A DNA stretch of 64,000 nt from a virus. Taxonomy: Duplodnaviria > Caudoviricetes. The DNA lies in IMG/VR virus record IMGVR_UViG_3300030055_000003. One strand, given 5' to 3'. Under the pieces are notes generated by a model that searched no databases, had not been told where the DNA came from, and was given only the letters and a program-made list of their open reading frames with translations. Position 1 is the stretch's first letter, and the number at the start of each line of letters is the position of its first letter. Made by a program: the position numbers and the translations under genes. Of this stretch, positions 1 through 10,180 are shown piece by piece.

Positions 1-185
1 GCTAAGTCAAAATTTTTACGTTCTGAAACTTCTCTTGATATTTTTCTAAATGTATTTTCTGCTTCTGTCTCTTCATCAGTTCCTAATTCAGCTCTGAAAA
101 AATTGTTTCTAGCTTCTTGATATTGTATAGATTATTCATCATTAGTTAATGTTGAATAATCTATATTTGTATTTATATTTTCCAT
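1..185 (-). pseudogene. Small ORF running off the window edge, with an in-frame TAA at 132-134
   Basis: GGAG RBS, MENINTNIDYSTLTNDE*SIQYQEARNNFFRAELGTDEETEAENTFRKIS; the frame stays open after the stop. Confidence 0.5.
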
Positions 186-232
186 AATTAATCAAACTCC
201 TTCATTCTATATTATTTTATTATTATTTAGCA

Positions 233-349
233 CTATTTCTTTTTAAGTTGCTCCGCTAATTTGCTATTTTTATCTAGTAATCTATTTGTTATATCCTCAA
301 AACTTACTTCACTTGCTTTTTTCTTTTTGCTGAATATTGATTTAAACAT
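233..349 (-). CDS. 38-aa hypothetical protein
   Basis: AAAAGGAG RBS; MFKSIFSKKKKASEVSFEDITNRLLDKNSKLAEQLKKK (own translation, not in ORF track). Confidence 0.55.
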   Translation of the reverse strand: MFKSIFSKKKKASEVSFEDITNRLLDKNSKLAEQLKKK

Positions 350-641
350 AAGATACAACTCCTTTTAAGTCTTAAAGACTTTCTATTTACTATTAATTTG
401 TTTTATGTAAGTTACAACTTTAAACTATTTAAATTTTATACTCTTACTATCCTACCATGTATTCTAGCAGTTAGATTCAAAAGACTTTGTTAAGTTGTAA
501 CTCTTAACTGGTATAATTTATTATAACATAGATTTTTATGGTATGTCAACAAATTAATATAAAGAAATATCAATTTTACCATTTATTTTTTAGGTTGTTA
601 GTATGTAAATAATAGTTAAATACTAACAACCGTTATTTAAT

Positions 642-2486
642 TTAGAATATTGGTCTATAAGTATTTATTACTGGTAGAATATTATTTTTTTCAAAGTATG
701 TCAATATATCTTCTAATGCTTTTTCGTCATAGCTTCCAAACTTTGTTATACTTCCACCGTCTGTAGCTTCAAATAATACAGCTTGTGGTAACTCAAACCA
801 ACCTTTATATATTAATAGTTTGGTATTTTCTAAATTAGTTCCATATAGTTTATTTTTACTTTCATATATAACTTTTATATTATCAGTATATTGTGCATAT
901 TCTTCCTGTTTCCATTCCTTAAATGTTATATGAGTTGCTGAAGCTCCTCCTATCATTGATGGTCTAATTATTGTTAGCTTTTCGCCTTCTTGTATATCTA
1001 CATTTATAAATTGTTCTTGAGTTGGTTCGCACTCTCTTATTAATCTATACATTGAAGTTTTAATATATTCATTATCCTTAATTTGTTGAATAATATCTTT
1101 ATTAAGTTTTATTTTATTATCTCTTATTGATTGAGAAATTTCTTTTCTGAATACATTCCAGTTATCAGTTAAATAAATTTTTTCTTTTTCAATATTATTA
1201 TTTTCTATTACTACATTATTTAATTCAATAACCTTCTCAGCTACTTCTGTACGCTCTTGAACTTCTTCAGGTGTTAATAGTTGCTTATACTCAACTTTCT
1301 TTGTAATAGTTGTATTCTCGTCTATTAATCCAACATATCTAGCATATGAATAGCCTTGAGCATCAATTACAAATTGTATTTTATCATTTAAATATACTGC
1401 TATTCCTTGTGAATTAAATTTTACTGTTTTTCTTTCTAACTCTGTCATATTATCATAGTCAGTCATAGAATTGATTCTGTTATCGTCTGTATAACTTCCA
1501 CTTGTTCCAGTAATAAATTCAAAGTCAACTAATAATAAGTTATTAAAGTTTTCTAATGATTCAGCATTGTTAAAATGTACTTCTCTTGTTATTTTAACAG
1601 TTTGGTTATAACAAGCCCCTTTTAAAACTTCTTCTTCATATTGTGATAGTGTACAATTTTTATTTAAATTTGCAAATTTTGAGTTAATAACGAAATATTG
1701 TTTTTCTTCTTCAATTTCTACAACTTCAATATTATTATTAACATTTTTAATTTCTTTCTTTTCTTCTTCTTGTCTGATTAAATATTGTTTGTGTTCTTCA
1801 TCTCTTTGTGCTTGGGAAACTTCAAAATCTGCTTTTTCTTTAGCTTTGTCAATTTCAAATTGTTCAACTTTTTTCACGTCAAAATCTTTCATAGCTTCAA
1901 TAATTGTTTCATTTGCTTCTGTTTGTGTATAGTCCAATAAATCAGCACCAAAGAAATATAAATTATAACTTGAACCGTAATCACCATAAGGATCATCAGA
2001 AGTGCAAAAATTATGACTTTCAACAACTTTTTTACAATACTCTTGAATAGCTTTTATATAAATACTTTCTTTTTCAAATGGTGCTGATTTTATATCAATA
2101 CTTATTCTATCACTATAAGGATTTGTTATAGAAAATTTAACAAATGAAAATCTAGCTTTTAATTCTGCTCTTATTGATTTAGTTATTTCTTTTACATTAT
2201 AACTCTTTTCTCTTTTAACTTCTGTATAAGTTGTTAAGCTCCATAAATCAATTTTATTTGTTTTATTTTGTTTAACTGTTTTAACTTCTTCTGTATGTAT
2301 TTCACTATCTGAATATTTTTGAGCTTCTGCAATTGTTTCTATTGATTGTTTAGCATACCAACATTTCTTAATTTTATTCCATCTGAATTTTAAATCTTTT
2401 AAACTATCTATAACTGTTTGTACTGGCTTTCCTTCAAAATACATTTCTACACCGTTTAATTCACTATTTAATACTACTTTACACAT
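642..2486 (-). CDS. Polyvalent-protein-like phage protein (LPD29-like domain)
   Basis: N-term NGVEMYFEGKP...FRWNKIKKCWYAK and KEITKSIRAELKARFSFVKFSI resemble domains of large polyvalent proteins; GAGG RBS. Confidence 0.55.
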   Translation of the reverse strand: MCKVVLNSELNGVEMYFEGKPVQTVIDSLKDLKFRWNKIKKCWYAKQSIETIAEAQKYSDSEIHTEEVKTVKQNKTNKIDLWSLTTYTEVKREKSYNVKEITKSIRAELKARFSFVKFSITNPYSDRISIDIKSAPFEKESIYIKAIQEYCKKVVESHNFCTSDDPYGDYGSSYNLYFFGADLLDYTQTEANETIIEAMKDFDVKKVEQFEIDKAKEKADFEVSQAQRDEEHKQYLIRQEEEKKEIKNVNNNIEVVEIEEEKQYFVINSKFANLNKNCTLSQYEEEVLKGACYNQTVKITREVHFNNAESLENFNNLLLVDFEFITGTSGSYTDDNRINSMTDYDNMTELERKTVKFNSQGIAVYLNDKIQFVIDAQGYSYARYVGLIDENTTITKKVEYKQLLTPEEVQERTEVAEKVIELNNVVIENNNIEKEKIYLTDNWNVFRKEISQSIRDNKIKLNKDIIQQIKDNEYIKTSMYRLIRECEPTQEQFINVDIQEGEKLTIIRPSMIGGASATHITFKEWKQEEYAQYTDNIKVIYESKNKLYGTNLENTKLLIYKGWFELPQAVLFEATDGGSITKFGSYDEKALEDILTYFEKNNILPVINTYRPIF

Positions 2487-2540
2487 TTTACATTACCTCG
2501 CTTCATTTATTTAATTTGTTTACTTGTTCTCTATGTATCT

Positions 2541-2570
2541 ATTATAAGTCATGACTTATATATCTGTCAA
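2541..2570 (-). promoter_or_regulatory. SigA promoter overlapped by the 18-bp palindrome TATAAGTCATGACTTATA
   Basis: TTGACA (2570-2565), 18-bp spacer, TATAAT (2546-2541); perfect palindrome 2543-2560. Confidence 0.75.
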
Positions 2571-2617
2571 TAACTTTTTAATAAATTAATAGGATTATTT
2601 AATATATTTTTTATTAC

Positions 2618-2815
2618 TTAAAGATTATTATATTTACTTGCTTTGACTTCTTTTATTAATTTCTCGATATCTTCTATATCTTCAAACGTTGCTTTATTCT
2701 TAATAAAACTTTTACATGATGATTTACTTTTAGTATAAGTAACTTTATCTTTGTTCTTGTCTTCCCATGTCTTAACAGCTTGTAATTGTGCCTTAGATGT
2801 TTTTATACCTTCCAT
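2618..2815 (-). CDS. 65-aa basic protein, possible small DNA-binding regulator
   Basis: KTSKAQLQAVKTWEDKNK...KSFIKNKATFEDIEDIEKLI pattern common in small Firmicute MGE proteins; GGAGG RBS; TTTACA-17-TATAAT promoter upstream. Confidence 0.6.
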   Translation of the reverse strand: MEGIKTSKAQLQAVKTWEDKNKDKVTYTKSKSSCKSFIKNKATFEDIEDIEKLIKEVKASKYNNL

Positions 2816-2927
2816 TGTTTAACCCTCCTTAAACGTTCTTATATAGCTTCTATATGCTGAATATAATTATAATGGTATTGAGTATTATTGTAAATAAAAA
2901 GAGCTTTTCAGCCCCTATTATTATTTA

Positions 2928-3512
2928 TTAATACAATTTATATTCAACCGCTTTATTAATGTTATTTATCAATGATACATAACCCTCATTTTTTACATAC
3001 TCTTTTAATGTATTTACATTGTATTTTACTAGCAATGATTTAATATAGCTTATATAGTTTTCATTGATTCCAGCTTCATAACCTTTGATATTGTTATTGA
3101 TTAAATAATCGGCTGTAACATCAATGAAACAATCAAAATTATCATTAACATTAAATTCTTCTTTAAAATCATGATAATATACTAATGTTTTATCATCCTT
3201 TAAATCATTATATGTCCATCTATGAAGTAATGAATGAGTAATTGTTTTAGTATCTTTTATAACTTCTTTCCTGTGTATTTCTTTAAAATCACCTTTAAAT
3301 ATAAAACACTTTTCTATTGATATTATTATTTCGTCAACTCTTTTTACTCTTGGTCTTTGTATGTAGATATATAAACAGTTTTCATATTGTGCCCATTTAT
3401 CAAAATGATATCCTTTTAAGATGCCACATATTCTAAGTGGAACTAATTCATCTGTTTTTAATACTGTATATTTTTCACCTATTATTAAATTTAATTCTTT
3501 TACATTTTTCAT
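2928..3512 (-). CDS. Hypothetical protein
   Basis: 194-aa ORF, GGAG RBS, co-oriented with neighbours. Confidence 0.7.
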   Translation of the reverse strand: MKNVKELNLIIGEKYTVLKTDELVPLRICGILKGYHFDKWAQYENCLYIYIQRPRVKRVDEIIISIEKCFIFKGDFKEIHRKEVIKDTKTITHSLLHRWTYNDLKDDKTLVYYHDFKEEFNVNDNFDCFIDVTADYLINNNIKGYEAGINENYISYIKSLLVKYNVNTLKEYVKNEGYVSLINNINKAVEYKLY

Positions 3513-3566
3513 TTTAATCGACTCCTTTAATTTTATTAATCTATTATGTATGTAAGTTACTAAAGT

Positions 3567-3686
3567 TTATTTAACATATAACCATGAGAATATTTTAGCT
3601 TTAGCAACTTGGTCTTTTAACATCTTTTGTAATTCCTCAGACTTAACTTCCTTAACTGTTCTGTCCGTGTATACCACTACTGCCAT
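3567..3686 (-). CDS. 39-aa hypothetical protein
   Basis: MAVVVYTDRTVKEVKSEELQKMLKDQVAKAKIFSWLYVK; purine-rich RBS and its own promoter. Confidence 0.55.
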   Translation of the reverse strand: MAVVVYTDRTVKEVKSEELQKMLKDQVAKAKIFSWLYVK

Positions 3687-3738
3687 TTAAATCAACCGCC
3701 CTTTTATTTATTATTAATTTGTTTTACTTGTTATATTT

Positions 3739-3767
3739 AGTATAAGTCATGACTTAGATTTAGTCAA
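3739..3767 (-). promoter_or_regulatory. SigA promoter overlapped by the palindrome TAAGTCATGACTTA
   Basis: TTGACT-17-TATACT; palindrome 3743-3756, same core as 2543-2560. Confidence 0.75.
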
Positions 3768-3849
3768 GCGTTTTTCTAAATAAATTAAAAGAAATAGTAA
3801 ATATATTTTAAATCATAAAAAGAACCCTATTTCTAGAGTCCTTAATTTA

Positions 3850-4671
3850 TTATATTACATTGCTATACCAATTAGTTAAAAATGTTTTTAGTTGCTTTTC
3901 ATCCTTCACACCTGACATAATTAAATTACACATAAAATCTTCTGCTTTGGATATATGGTTAAGTTCTGTTGACATATCTTTATCTTTTAAATAATCTCTA
4001 AGGTTGTCCTTTTCTTCTGCTCCAATTAAAATTTTATATGGTTTACAATCCAATCCAAACAATACATTATAGACTATATTCGTAAACCCTCCATAGTATC
4101 TATCGCTTTCATATGGTGCTGGATTAATATACTTCTTAATAGTATCTGTTAATGACTTTCTAATGTTTATACCATGCTTTCTTAATATATACGCCTCGGT
4201 TCTTTCCTTTACTGCAATTTCAATTTCTGATGCTGACATATTCTCCATGTTAGTTATGTATATACCATATTCTCTTAAACAAGGTAATACAACTGTAGCC
4301 AACCATTCTCTGAATTTCTTTCCTTGTTCTCCATCAACTCTAAAACTCCACAAGTACAATTCAGATTCAGAAATAGTCATTTGTTTTAATTTATTTCTTA
4401 TCTCTTTTTTGGTGTCATTATCAAGTTTTTTAAAATCCCCACTATTGGGGATTCTGTCTATACCTACTAAATCACTATAAACTCTTTCCCATCTTATTGT
4501 TATAGAATCACCATTTTGTGTATTTTTAGTTTGTGTAATTCCTAAAGACTTTGCACAATCTTCAACATATAATTGCAGTTTCTTATCTTCTGTGACCTCA
4601 TATTTAATAGGTATATTACAGTATGTAAATTCATCTGAAAACCCTATTTGTGATATTTTTTCATTTTTCAT
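3850..4671 (-). CDS. BRO-N-like phage antirepressor / DNA-binding protein
   Basis: LYVEDCAKSLGIT...ISESELYLWSF...GKKFREWLATVVLPCLREYGIY; C-term RKSLTDTIK...FTNIVY...LRDYL. Confidence 0.75.
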   Translation of the reverse strand: MKNEKISQIGFSDEFTYCNIPIKYEVTEDKKLQLYVEDCAKSLGITQTKNTQNGDSITIRWERVYSDLVGIDRIPNSGDFKKLDNDTKKEIRNKLKQMTISESELYLWSFRVDGEQGKKFREWLATVVLPCLREYGIYITNMENMSASEIEIAVKERTEAYILRKHGINIRKSLTDTIKKYINPAPYESDRYYGGFTNIVYNVLFGLDCKPYKILIGAEEKDNLRDYLKDKDMSTELNHISKAEDFMCNLIMSGVKDEKQLKTFLTNWYSNVI

Positions 4672-4877
4672 TTTAAATCCTTCTTTCTTCTATTAATTTG
4701 TTTCACAACCTTATATTATCACATAGCTTGTACTATTTCAAGAAAAAGTTAATAAATTAATAGAAATATTAATTAATTTTCACCTTAAAAGAGTTGTTTT
4801 AAGTGGTATTGATTGTTATTGTCAATTATATTTAGATTATAAAAAAGAACTCTAATTTATAGAGTTCTACAATTATA

Positions 4878-5048
4878 TTATTCTCCAAATTCATTTTCTA
4901 AATTCTTAAGAGTTTGTTCCATTGATTTTCTCATAGTTTTAAATTCATTCTTTTGATATTGTTCTTTACTTGTTTGTTCTAATCTCTCATACTCTTCTAT
5001 ACAGTTTCTTAATGCTAATATACAATTGTCTGCATCTGCTTTACACAT
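4878..5048 (-). CDS. 56-aa hypothetical protein
   Basis: MCKADADNCILALRNCIEEYERLEQTSKEQYQKNEFKTMRKSMEQTLKNLENEFGE; AAGGAGGT upstream; overlaps the stop of the previous gene. Confidence 0.6.
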   Translation of the reverse strand: MCKADADNCILALRNCIEEYERLEQTSKEQYQKNEFKTMRKSMEQTLKNLENEFGE

Positions 5049-5529
5049 CCTCTGTCACCTCCTTGTCATCTGTTAAAATTATTTCTATATGCCCTATTGA
5101 TCCATATACAGGTTGTGTATTAATCTTATATCTTTTTAATAAACAATCACTAACTCTATGCCAACTAAAAATTTCTTTACTAAATTCATTATTAAGTAAA
5201 TATAATGAGAATGAAAATGTCCCTTCTCCTATACTCCATCCTTTACAAGCTATTTTATTTATAAAAGGAAAAGTCTTTTCGCCAGTATCATTATATAATT
5301 TTAACGTTAGTTTTATTGAATTATGAGTTATATTGCACTTTTTACGATTATATTTGCAATCATGATATAATTGTCTGAATATTTCTGATTCTTCTTTAGA
5401 TAAAGTATCAATATAGTTATCAATCAATTCATGATCTTTATTTGTAACACTATCTGTATATAATCTTTGTATGTCTATCTTTAAATATATCTTGAATAAC
5501 TCTAAATCATTAATATTAATATTAACCAC
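5041..5529 (-). CDS. Hypothetical protein
   Basis: 162-aa ORF, GAGG RBS. Confidence 0.7.
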   Translation of the reverse strand: MVNININDLELFKIYLKIDIQRLYTDSVTNKDHELIDNYIDTLSKEESEIFRQLYHDCKYNRKKCNITHNSIKLTLKLYNDTGEKTFPFINKIACKGWSIGEGTFSFSLYLLNNEFSKEIFSWHRVSDCLLKRYKINTQPVYGSIGHIEIILTDDKEVTEDV

Positions 5530-5577
5530 CTCATTTCTTGATTATATTATAATAAGGTGGAATAATCCACCTTGTAA

Positions 5578-6147
5578 TTATGCTAATGTTTCAATTACTA
5601 AGTTTAATAATTCAATTTGTTTTGCATTTAATATATTTTGATTTTGTATTAAACTTTCAACTATTTGATTATTTTCAATTTTTAATACTGCTACCATTCC
5701 GTTATCTTCAAAGTTGTTAAATTCTTTATTAAATTTACTTCCTTCTTGTTTATAGCTTTCAAATCTATCTATACTATAGCTGTTGAATTGTTTGTTATCC
5801 CAAACTATTAAAGTTAAGTTATTGTTATCTTTTAATTCTGCATTTAACCTCTTTAATACTAATTCGTTTCCTGAAGCTCTTTTCTTGCCGTTATCTAATG
5901 TTATTTTACTATTCTTATTTACCCAATCCCATAATCCATTATTTTGAATAGTGATATATGAAACATATAATTTATTATCTATATTTTGAACTAATGATTT
6001 TGGAATCCATTTAATATTGTCTTGCATTGATCCATATACTGTTATTTTACTATTATATCCATTATCTAATCCATAAGCTTTTTCAGTTTCTTGTATTATG
6101 TAGTCTTTTACCAATTCCATACATGTTATTTTCATATTAACAACCAC
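5578..6147 (-). CDS. Hypothetical phage protein
   Basis: 189-aa ORF; TTGACT-N17-TATAAT promoter at about 6226-6198. Confidence 0.7.
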   Translation of the reverse strand: MVVNMKITCMELVKDYIIQETEKAYGLDNGYNSKITVYGSMQDNIKWIPKSLVQNIDNKLYVSYITIQNNGLWDWVNKNSKITLDNGKKRASGNELVLKRLNAELKDNNNLTLIVWDNKQFNSYSIDRFESYKQEGSKFNKEFNNFEDNGMVAVLKIENNQIVESLIQNQNILNAKQIELLNLVIETLA

Positions 6148-6360
6148 CTTTATATATTAATTTGTTTCGTTATGTATTAACTACCTTCTATACTTATTAT
6201 TATACTCTTATTCTATCCTAAGTCAAGAACTTTTAAATAAATTAATATAATAATATTCTGTTAAAAGGTGGTTTTTATATGGTTATTTTTTACATTTAAA
6301 TATAGGTACATTAGTTCCAATTATAAAGAAAAGGATATATTTCTATATCCTCAATTCCTT

Positions 6361-7974
6361 TTAATTAGCTAGATTTTTAAATGCAAAATATAGTGATTTA
6401 CTCTTAAAATATTTGTGACAATCAAATTTAGTATATACTTTCCAGTTCCCTTTAATACATGCTATTTGCTTCTCTGTTGGCTTGTCTTTCTTCCATTTAG
6501 CATTCTTATCTATAAAACTACTTCCATATGTATAAGCCATATTATCAATGTTATCTACTATTTCTTTTAGATTTTCATTTCTTTCATGCTCTATTAATTG
6601 CTTATCTTCATATTTATATGTAATAAATTCATCATCAACTTTAGTTAATACTATATCTAATTTATCATTTAAACTCAATATATAATATATGTTTTTATTA
6701 TAATACCATTCAAACCAATCAAGGCTGGAATATTCATATATATTACTAATATTGGAGTTAAACAAATCTATTTCTTCAGCTTCAAGTCTTAATTGTTCAA
6801 TCTTTTGTTTTTCTCTCTCTTCTTGTTCTAATCTTAATAATTCCTTTTCGTCTTCGTCTGCTTTTCTTATTCTTTCCTCAGCTTCTGATAAAGTTTCATC
6901 ATCTTTAAAAGTTATATTAAAAATACTATCTATATTAACCAATGAAAACTTTTTTGTTATATCACCTATATCAATTATAAGTGCATTTTCTTTCCCTTCT
7001 GATAACCTTAAAACTCTTCCTAAACATTGCATATATAAAATTCTAGACTTAGTGCTACGTGCCATTATAACGCAATCTAAAGCAGGAAAGTCAAAACCCG
7101 TTGTTAATATACTAACATTTACTAATATTTTGAATTTTCCTTTTTTAAAATCTTCTAAAGTGTTTTTGCGTTCTGTTGAATCTATTGTACTATCAATTGA
7201 TCTTGCATCTATTCCGTTATCTTGAAAACATTGCGTTATTGCATTAGCATGATTTATTCCACTTGCAAATATTATCGTGTGCTTTCTATCTTGTGCATAA
7301 TCTAAATAAGATTTTACTATTATATTATTTCTATCATCATTATTAATAGCTTCTTCTAAATGTTTTTGAATGAATTCTCCTCCAATAGTTTTAACATTTG
7401 ATATATCAGTATTACTATATACTTTCTTTGCTTTTGGTTCAACTAAGTAACCACTTTTGATAGCTTTTAATAAAGTCATTTCATATATTATATTATCAAA
7501 TATTTCTACCATTTTTGGATTATAAGGAGTTGCAGTTACTCCAATAACAATAGAATTTTGTCCTATAGCATCAATTATTTTTTTAATTTGTTCAACTGCT
7601 ACATGACATTCATCGAATATAATATATTTAAAATCACCACTAACAGTTATATCCTTCAATCTACTACTTCTTACATGGGTTAAACTTTGTCTTGTTGCTA
7701 CAATAATATTATTATCACACTCATTTAATTTTCCTTGTATACTTCCAACATCAACATTTTCTCCGCATACAAATTTTAGTTTATCAATTGTCTGCTCTCT
7801 TAACTCTGTACTCATAACAACTATCAATATTCTTTCTGTTGCTTCCTCCTTAACAAGACCACTCATTACAATAGTTTTTCCAGTTCCAGTTGGTAAAGAT
7901 ATTATACCCTTATCACCTATCTTTAATTCTTTTATTTTATTAATACTTTCTTGTTGATATTCTCTTAATTCCAT
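6361..7974 (-). CDS. Superfamily 2 DEAD/DEAH-box helicase
   Basis: Motifs LPTGTGKT, FDECH, VTAT, ILTTGFD, QCLGRVLR. Confidence 0.92.
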   Translation of the reverse strand: MELREYQQESINKIKELKIGDKGIISLPTGTGKTIVMSGLVKEEATERILIVVMSTELREQTIDKLKFVCGENVDVGSIQGKLNECDNNIIVATRQSLTHVRSSRLKDITVSGDFKYIIFDECHVAVEQIKKIIDAIGQNSIVIGVTATPYNPKMVEIFDNIIYEMTLLKAIKSGYLVEPKAKKVYSNTDISNVKTIGGEFIQKHLEEAINNDDRNNIIVKSYLDYAQDRKHTIIFASGINHANAITQCFQDNGIDARSIDSTIDSTERKNTLEDFKKGKFKILVNVSILTTGFDFPALDCVIMARSTKSRILYMQCLGRVLRLSEGKENALIIDIGDITKKFSLVNIDSIFNITFKDDETLSEAEERIRKADEDEKELLRLEQEEREKQKIEQLRLEAEEIDLFNSNISNIYEYSSLDWFEWYYNKNIYYILSLNDKLDIVLTKVDDEFITYKYEDKQLIEHERNENLKEIVDNIDNMAYTYGSSFIDKNAKWKKDKPTEKQIACIKGNWKVYTKFDCHKYFKSKSLYFAFKNLAN

Positions 7975-8044
7975 TATTATATCTTCCTCTCTTATTCAAA
8001 ATTATTTTAATTTATTTCAACTCTAAATTCATTTGCATATGCTC

Positions 8045-8257
8045 ACGCACTTTTTTAAATTTTACTGTATGTCACCAACGCACCTTTTTAAAAAAAGTTG
8101 TATGAGCTTGACCACTTTTAAAGTAAATGTGCGTTGGTGTTGACCACTATTGACTATGTACATGTTCAAATATTAAGCACGATTGAAGTGTATCAATATA
8201 GACTAACTATCAAGATAAATTAATTAAACAGATAGACTAACAAGCCAGATAGACTAA
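8045..8257. repeat. Repeat cluster between initiator-like gene and helicase (possible origin)
   Basis: 11-bp inverted repeat CACCAACGCAC 8073-8083 / 8129-8139; TTGACCACT x2 (8108, 8140); ATAGACTAA x3 (8198, 8232, 8249). Confidence 0.6.
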
Positions 8258-8288
8258 GGTCAAGAGAGAATCTACAAATAGCAAAAAG

Positions 8289-9212
8289 CTATTTAACGGG
8301 TTTTTCTTTTTTCTCTCTTTCTTCTTTTTGTTGTTCTTCTATTTTCTTATATTCTTCTTGTAGCAAATCAAGTCTTATTTGTTCTACATCAGTAATAGTG
8401 TTTTTATCTATTTTGTCATTTAATTTATTTATCATTTGTTTTAAGCTTCTTTTCATATTTGATTTATTTTTACTTAATTTATTTTGTTTTATAAATCCTT
8501 CTTTCTCTCTATAGTTATTTATTCTAGTGATTAATAATTCTTTATCTTGATATCTACAATAAAACATTTTACTATTTCTTATTCTTCCTTTTGTAGTTTC
8601 TTTATATCCTGCATAATCACATTCTATTATTTTATTTTCTTGAAGGATATCAATATATTTTGTAATTGTTGATTCACTCAATCCAATATCCTCATTTATC
8701 TTATTGTAAGATGGATAACATAACTTATAATCTTCGTCTTGTTCATTGTTATCTATAAATGAATATATGTATACAATAAAGTTTATTAATGAATATGTAT
8801 CTAGTCTATTTATATGAGCTATATTTATTAATTCTAAAAATTCCCTATCATATATTAATGTGAAATTTTCAGGTTCTTCCACATAGCAATATAATAAATC
8901 ATTTCTATCTACATTTGTTATATCTGTTATTATATTATCCTCATTCAATACCGTATCATATACTTTAATAGTTTTATCATTTATAAACTGTTGCAATATA
9001 GCTTTGATATCTTTTATTTTTCTATTGTTACTTCTAGCGTGATTTAAAGTATCTAATAACCATGTAATAGAGAATATACAACCTCCTTTACAACTTAAAT
9101 TCATAGTCATTAATGCTAATATAGTTAATTGCTCACTGGATAATATGTATTCAACATCTCTTATATATTTATTGTCAATTCTTATGTAAGTATCATTTTC
9201 TTTCATTCTCAT
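8289..9212 (-). CDS. HTH replication-initiator-like protein
   Basis: CYPSYNKINEDIGLSESTITKYIDILQENKII winged-helix signature; directly upstream of the helicase; paralogous to 25399..26364. Confidence 0.6.
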   Translation of the reverse strand: MRMKENDTYIRIDNKYIRDVEYILSSEQLTILALMTMNLSCKGGCIFSITWLLDTLNHARSNNRKIKDIKAILQQFINDKTIKVYDTVLNEDNIITDITNVDRNDLLYCYVEEPENFTLIYDREFLELINIAHINRLDTYSLINFIVYIYSFIDNNEQDEDYKLCYPSYNKINEDIGLSESTITKYIDILQENKIIECDYAGYKETTKGRIRNSKMFYCRYQDKELLITRINNYREKEGFIKQNKLSKNKSNMKRSLKQMINKLNDKIDKNTITDVEQIRLDLLQEEYKKIEEQQKEEREKKEKPVK

Positions 9213-9245
9213 ATAGTTTTTAATTCCTCTCTTATTTTGTATTTT

Positions 9246-9437
9246 TTAATTTTGTTCAAATCTCATGTTTTGGAATATTCTCCACTTCTTTAAAATACTA
9301 TCAAGCTTATCACCTCTTTCAAATATCCAAAATTCTTTATTAGTTGTATAATGTTTTCCAGTATCAATATATACTTGTCCCATGTTGCAAATGAAGTCTT
9401 TCTTTACTGGATTATAACAATAATAATTATTTGTCAT
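9246..9437 (-). CDS. DUF5659-like small protein
   Basis: YCYNPVKKDFI...TGKHYTTNKEFWIFER pattern. Confidence 0.55.
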   Translation of the reverse strand: MTNNYYCYNPVKKDFICNMGQVYIDTGKHYTTNKEFWIFERGDKLDSILKKWRIFQNMRFEQN

Positions 9438-9690
9438 AATTAATCATTCCTTTACTTTTGATTTTTGATTAAGTTTTATTCTCTATTAATTTATTCAATA
9501 TCTCAGCATCTTATCAAGCCACCTTTCAATATTATTCATTAATGCACTTTAAGACTAACTTTCTAATTATTTTTAAAAAGCTAGTCTTTATCTATATTAA
9601 CCACTTGTTTGTGGATTGTATTATACTCTATCTATATTAAACAATCATTTCAGATTGTAATAATTTTTTATTAATATTATTTTTTTATTT

Positions 9691-10119
9691 TTAATCTTCA
9701 TATTTACATTTATTAATAGCTAAATTCAATCCTTTTAACAGTTTTGCATCTTGGTTTATTTCTTCTCTAGTATATCCCAAACACTCTAAAGTGTCGCTAA
9801 TATCTCCAGTATAACAATATTCATGGTTTGACAACTCATAACTAAACATATCTAATATATAGCCAGTTCCGTCTGTATCGTTGTTTACTTCTTCTTTTCT
9901 TTCTACCTCGTGTCTTGCTAATATATCATCAAAAGCTTTTTCGTCTGATTTTTTCATATATCCACCAGCACCTATAGAAATTATTTTATCGGTGTCATTT
10001 TCTTTTAATCCTAACTTTTCCATACCCTCAGCAAATTGTTTGTTACTGAATGCAAACATTAGTGGAAAGTCGTTTATTTCCTTTTGATGTTGTTCCTTTA
10101 ATACTGAATACTTATTCAT
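9691..10119 (-). CDS. Conserved hypothetical phage protein
   Basis: FAFSNKQFAEGMEKLGL...MFSYELSNHEYCYTGD; GGAG RBS. Confidence 0.75.
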   Translation of the reverse strand: MNKYSVLKEQHQKEINDFPLMFAFSNKQFAEGMEKLGLKENDTDKIISIGAGGYMKKSDEKAFDDILARHEVERKEEVNNDTDGTGYILDMFSYELSNHEYCYTGDISDTLECLGYTREEINQDAKLLKGLNLAINKCKYED

Positions 10120-10180
10120 TTTAAAATCACTCCTATTAATTTATTTTGTTTTTAGTTTGTTTAACTTGATAATATTATAT

